This document shows positions 47,043-64,000 of a stretch of DNA of 64,000 nucleotides, in pieces. The notes under the pieces were generated by a model that was not told where the DNA came from, did not search any database, and saw only the letters and a program-made list of their open reading frames with translations. The stretch lies in assembly GCA_963693365.1 (NCBI GenBank), contig CAVNZM010000013.1, forward strand, positions 6,128,640-6,192,639, in the 5' to 3' direction. Every line of letters begins with the position of its first letter. Within the stretch, counting starts at the first letter, position 1. The stretch is from Amoebidium appalachense. Its lineage: Eukaryota > Protista > Ichthyosporea. Made by a program: the position numbers and the translations under genes.

Positions 47043-47343
47043 CGTTGTCTCTCAGTAGAAGCCATCATTGCCCATCAAGAGAATCACTCAGAAGGCTATG
47101 AAAACACAGCTTTGCAGTCTAACCGAACCGCCCATACCTAGAGCCGCAGCCTCATAGCGTTAAACTGGCACACGCGCATGTACTTTTTTTCTTGCGAAAC
47201 CCGCCTGCTTTTCTTAGAAGAGATTATTGCACTTTGGCATCCGCCTTTTCCCCTCCTGCTAAACGTAACGATGTCTCTAGGAGATTGTTGCTATTAGTTC
47301 TGACCAGTGAAGTCGAGTCCAGTTGTTTGTAATAGGTTAGAAA

Positions 47344-63575
<16,232 letters not shown>

Positions 63576-64000
63576 TACCTACCACTAGGCTCTGGGCTGT
63601 TCTGGTACCTTCTAGAATATAATATGGGCTGGTGTGGCAAAAGAACTTGGACGGATTATTTGGTGGTTGCTACGTGGTGGTGGGTGTATTATGGTGTATG
63701 GAATGCAGATTGGAAGTCTTGGATTTGTGCACCCATTATCGATAACCACATCATACATAAACCGGTGTGACTTGGCATTTGGCTTGATGTATCCGGTAGC
63801 ACACAACCACTCCGATATTTTTCTCGGGTCATTGTCTCCCAATTTACATGCCCTAGGGGCCAAATCTACACCATGGCAAGCTTCATTTTCTTTTCTTTCT
63901 TTCTCTTTATTTGGGGGGGGGGTAATAGGCTTGATGAACCTGGTTGCATGCGACCACCACACCAGCCAGGCATGTAGTGTGTCCTACCTACCAATGCACA

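Overview
Eukaryotic, intron-rich genomic DNA. Introns are filled with (CA)n, (GA)n and ~30-nt poly(C)/poly(G) tracts, so most ORFs in the six-frame track are spurious. The gene content suggests a unicellular holozoan such as an ichthyosporean (inference only). Splicing exons by hand gives: a bHLH-PAS transcription factor (-, runs off the left edge); a type II membrane GT49 (LARGE/B4GAT1-like) glycosyltransferase (-); a frameshifted F-box/LRR pseudogene (-); CDC50/TMEM30 (+) with a probable U12-type intron; a bacterial-like Pectate_lyase_3/DUF4955 beta-helix protein with introns and a C-terminal TM anchor (-); and the 5' part of a probable separase (+) with a CCAAT/CHR/Myb-like promoter. Mobile DNA includes a rearranged non-autonomous LTR element with a 5-bp TSD, a foldback element, an intronic long hairpin, and a family of 5'-truncated, structured retroposon-like copies whose 3' ends abut poly(C) tracts. 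That family is the most unusual signal. All calls come from manual translation and motif recognition; no database search was run.
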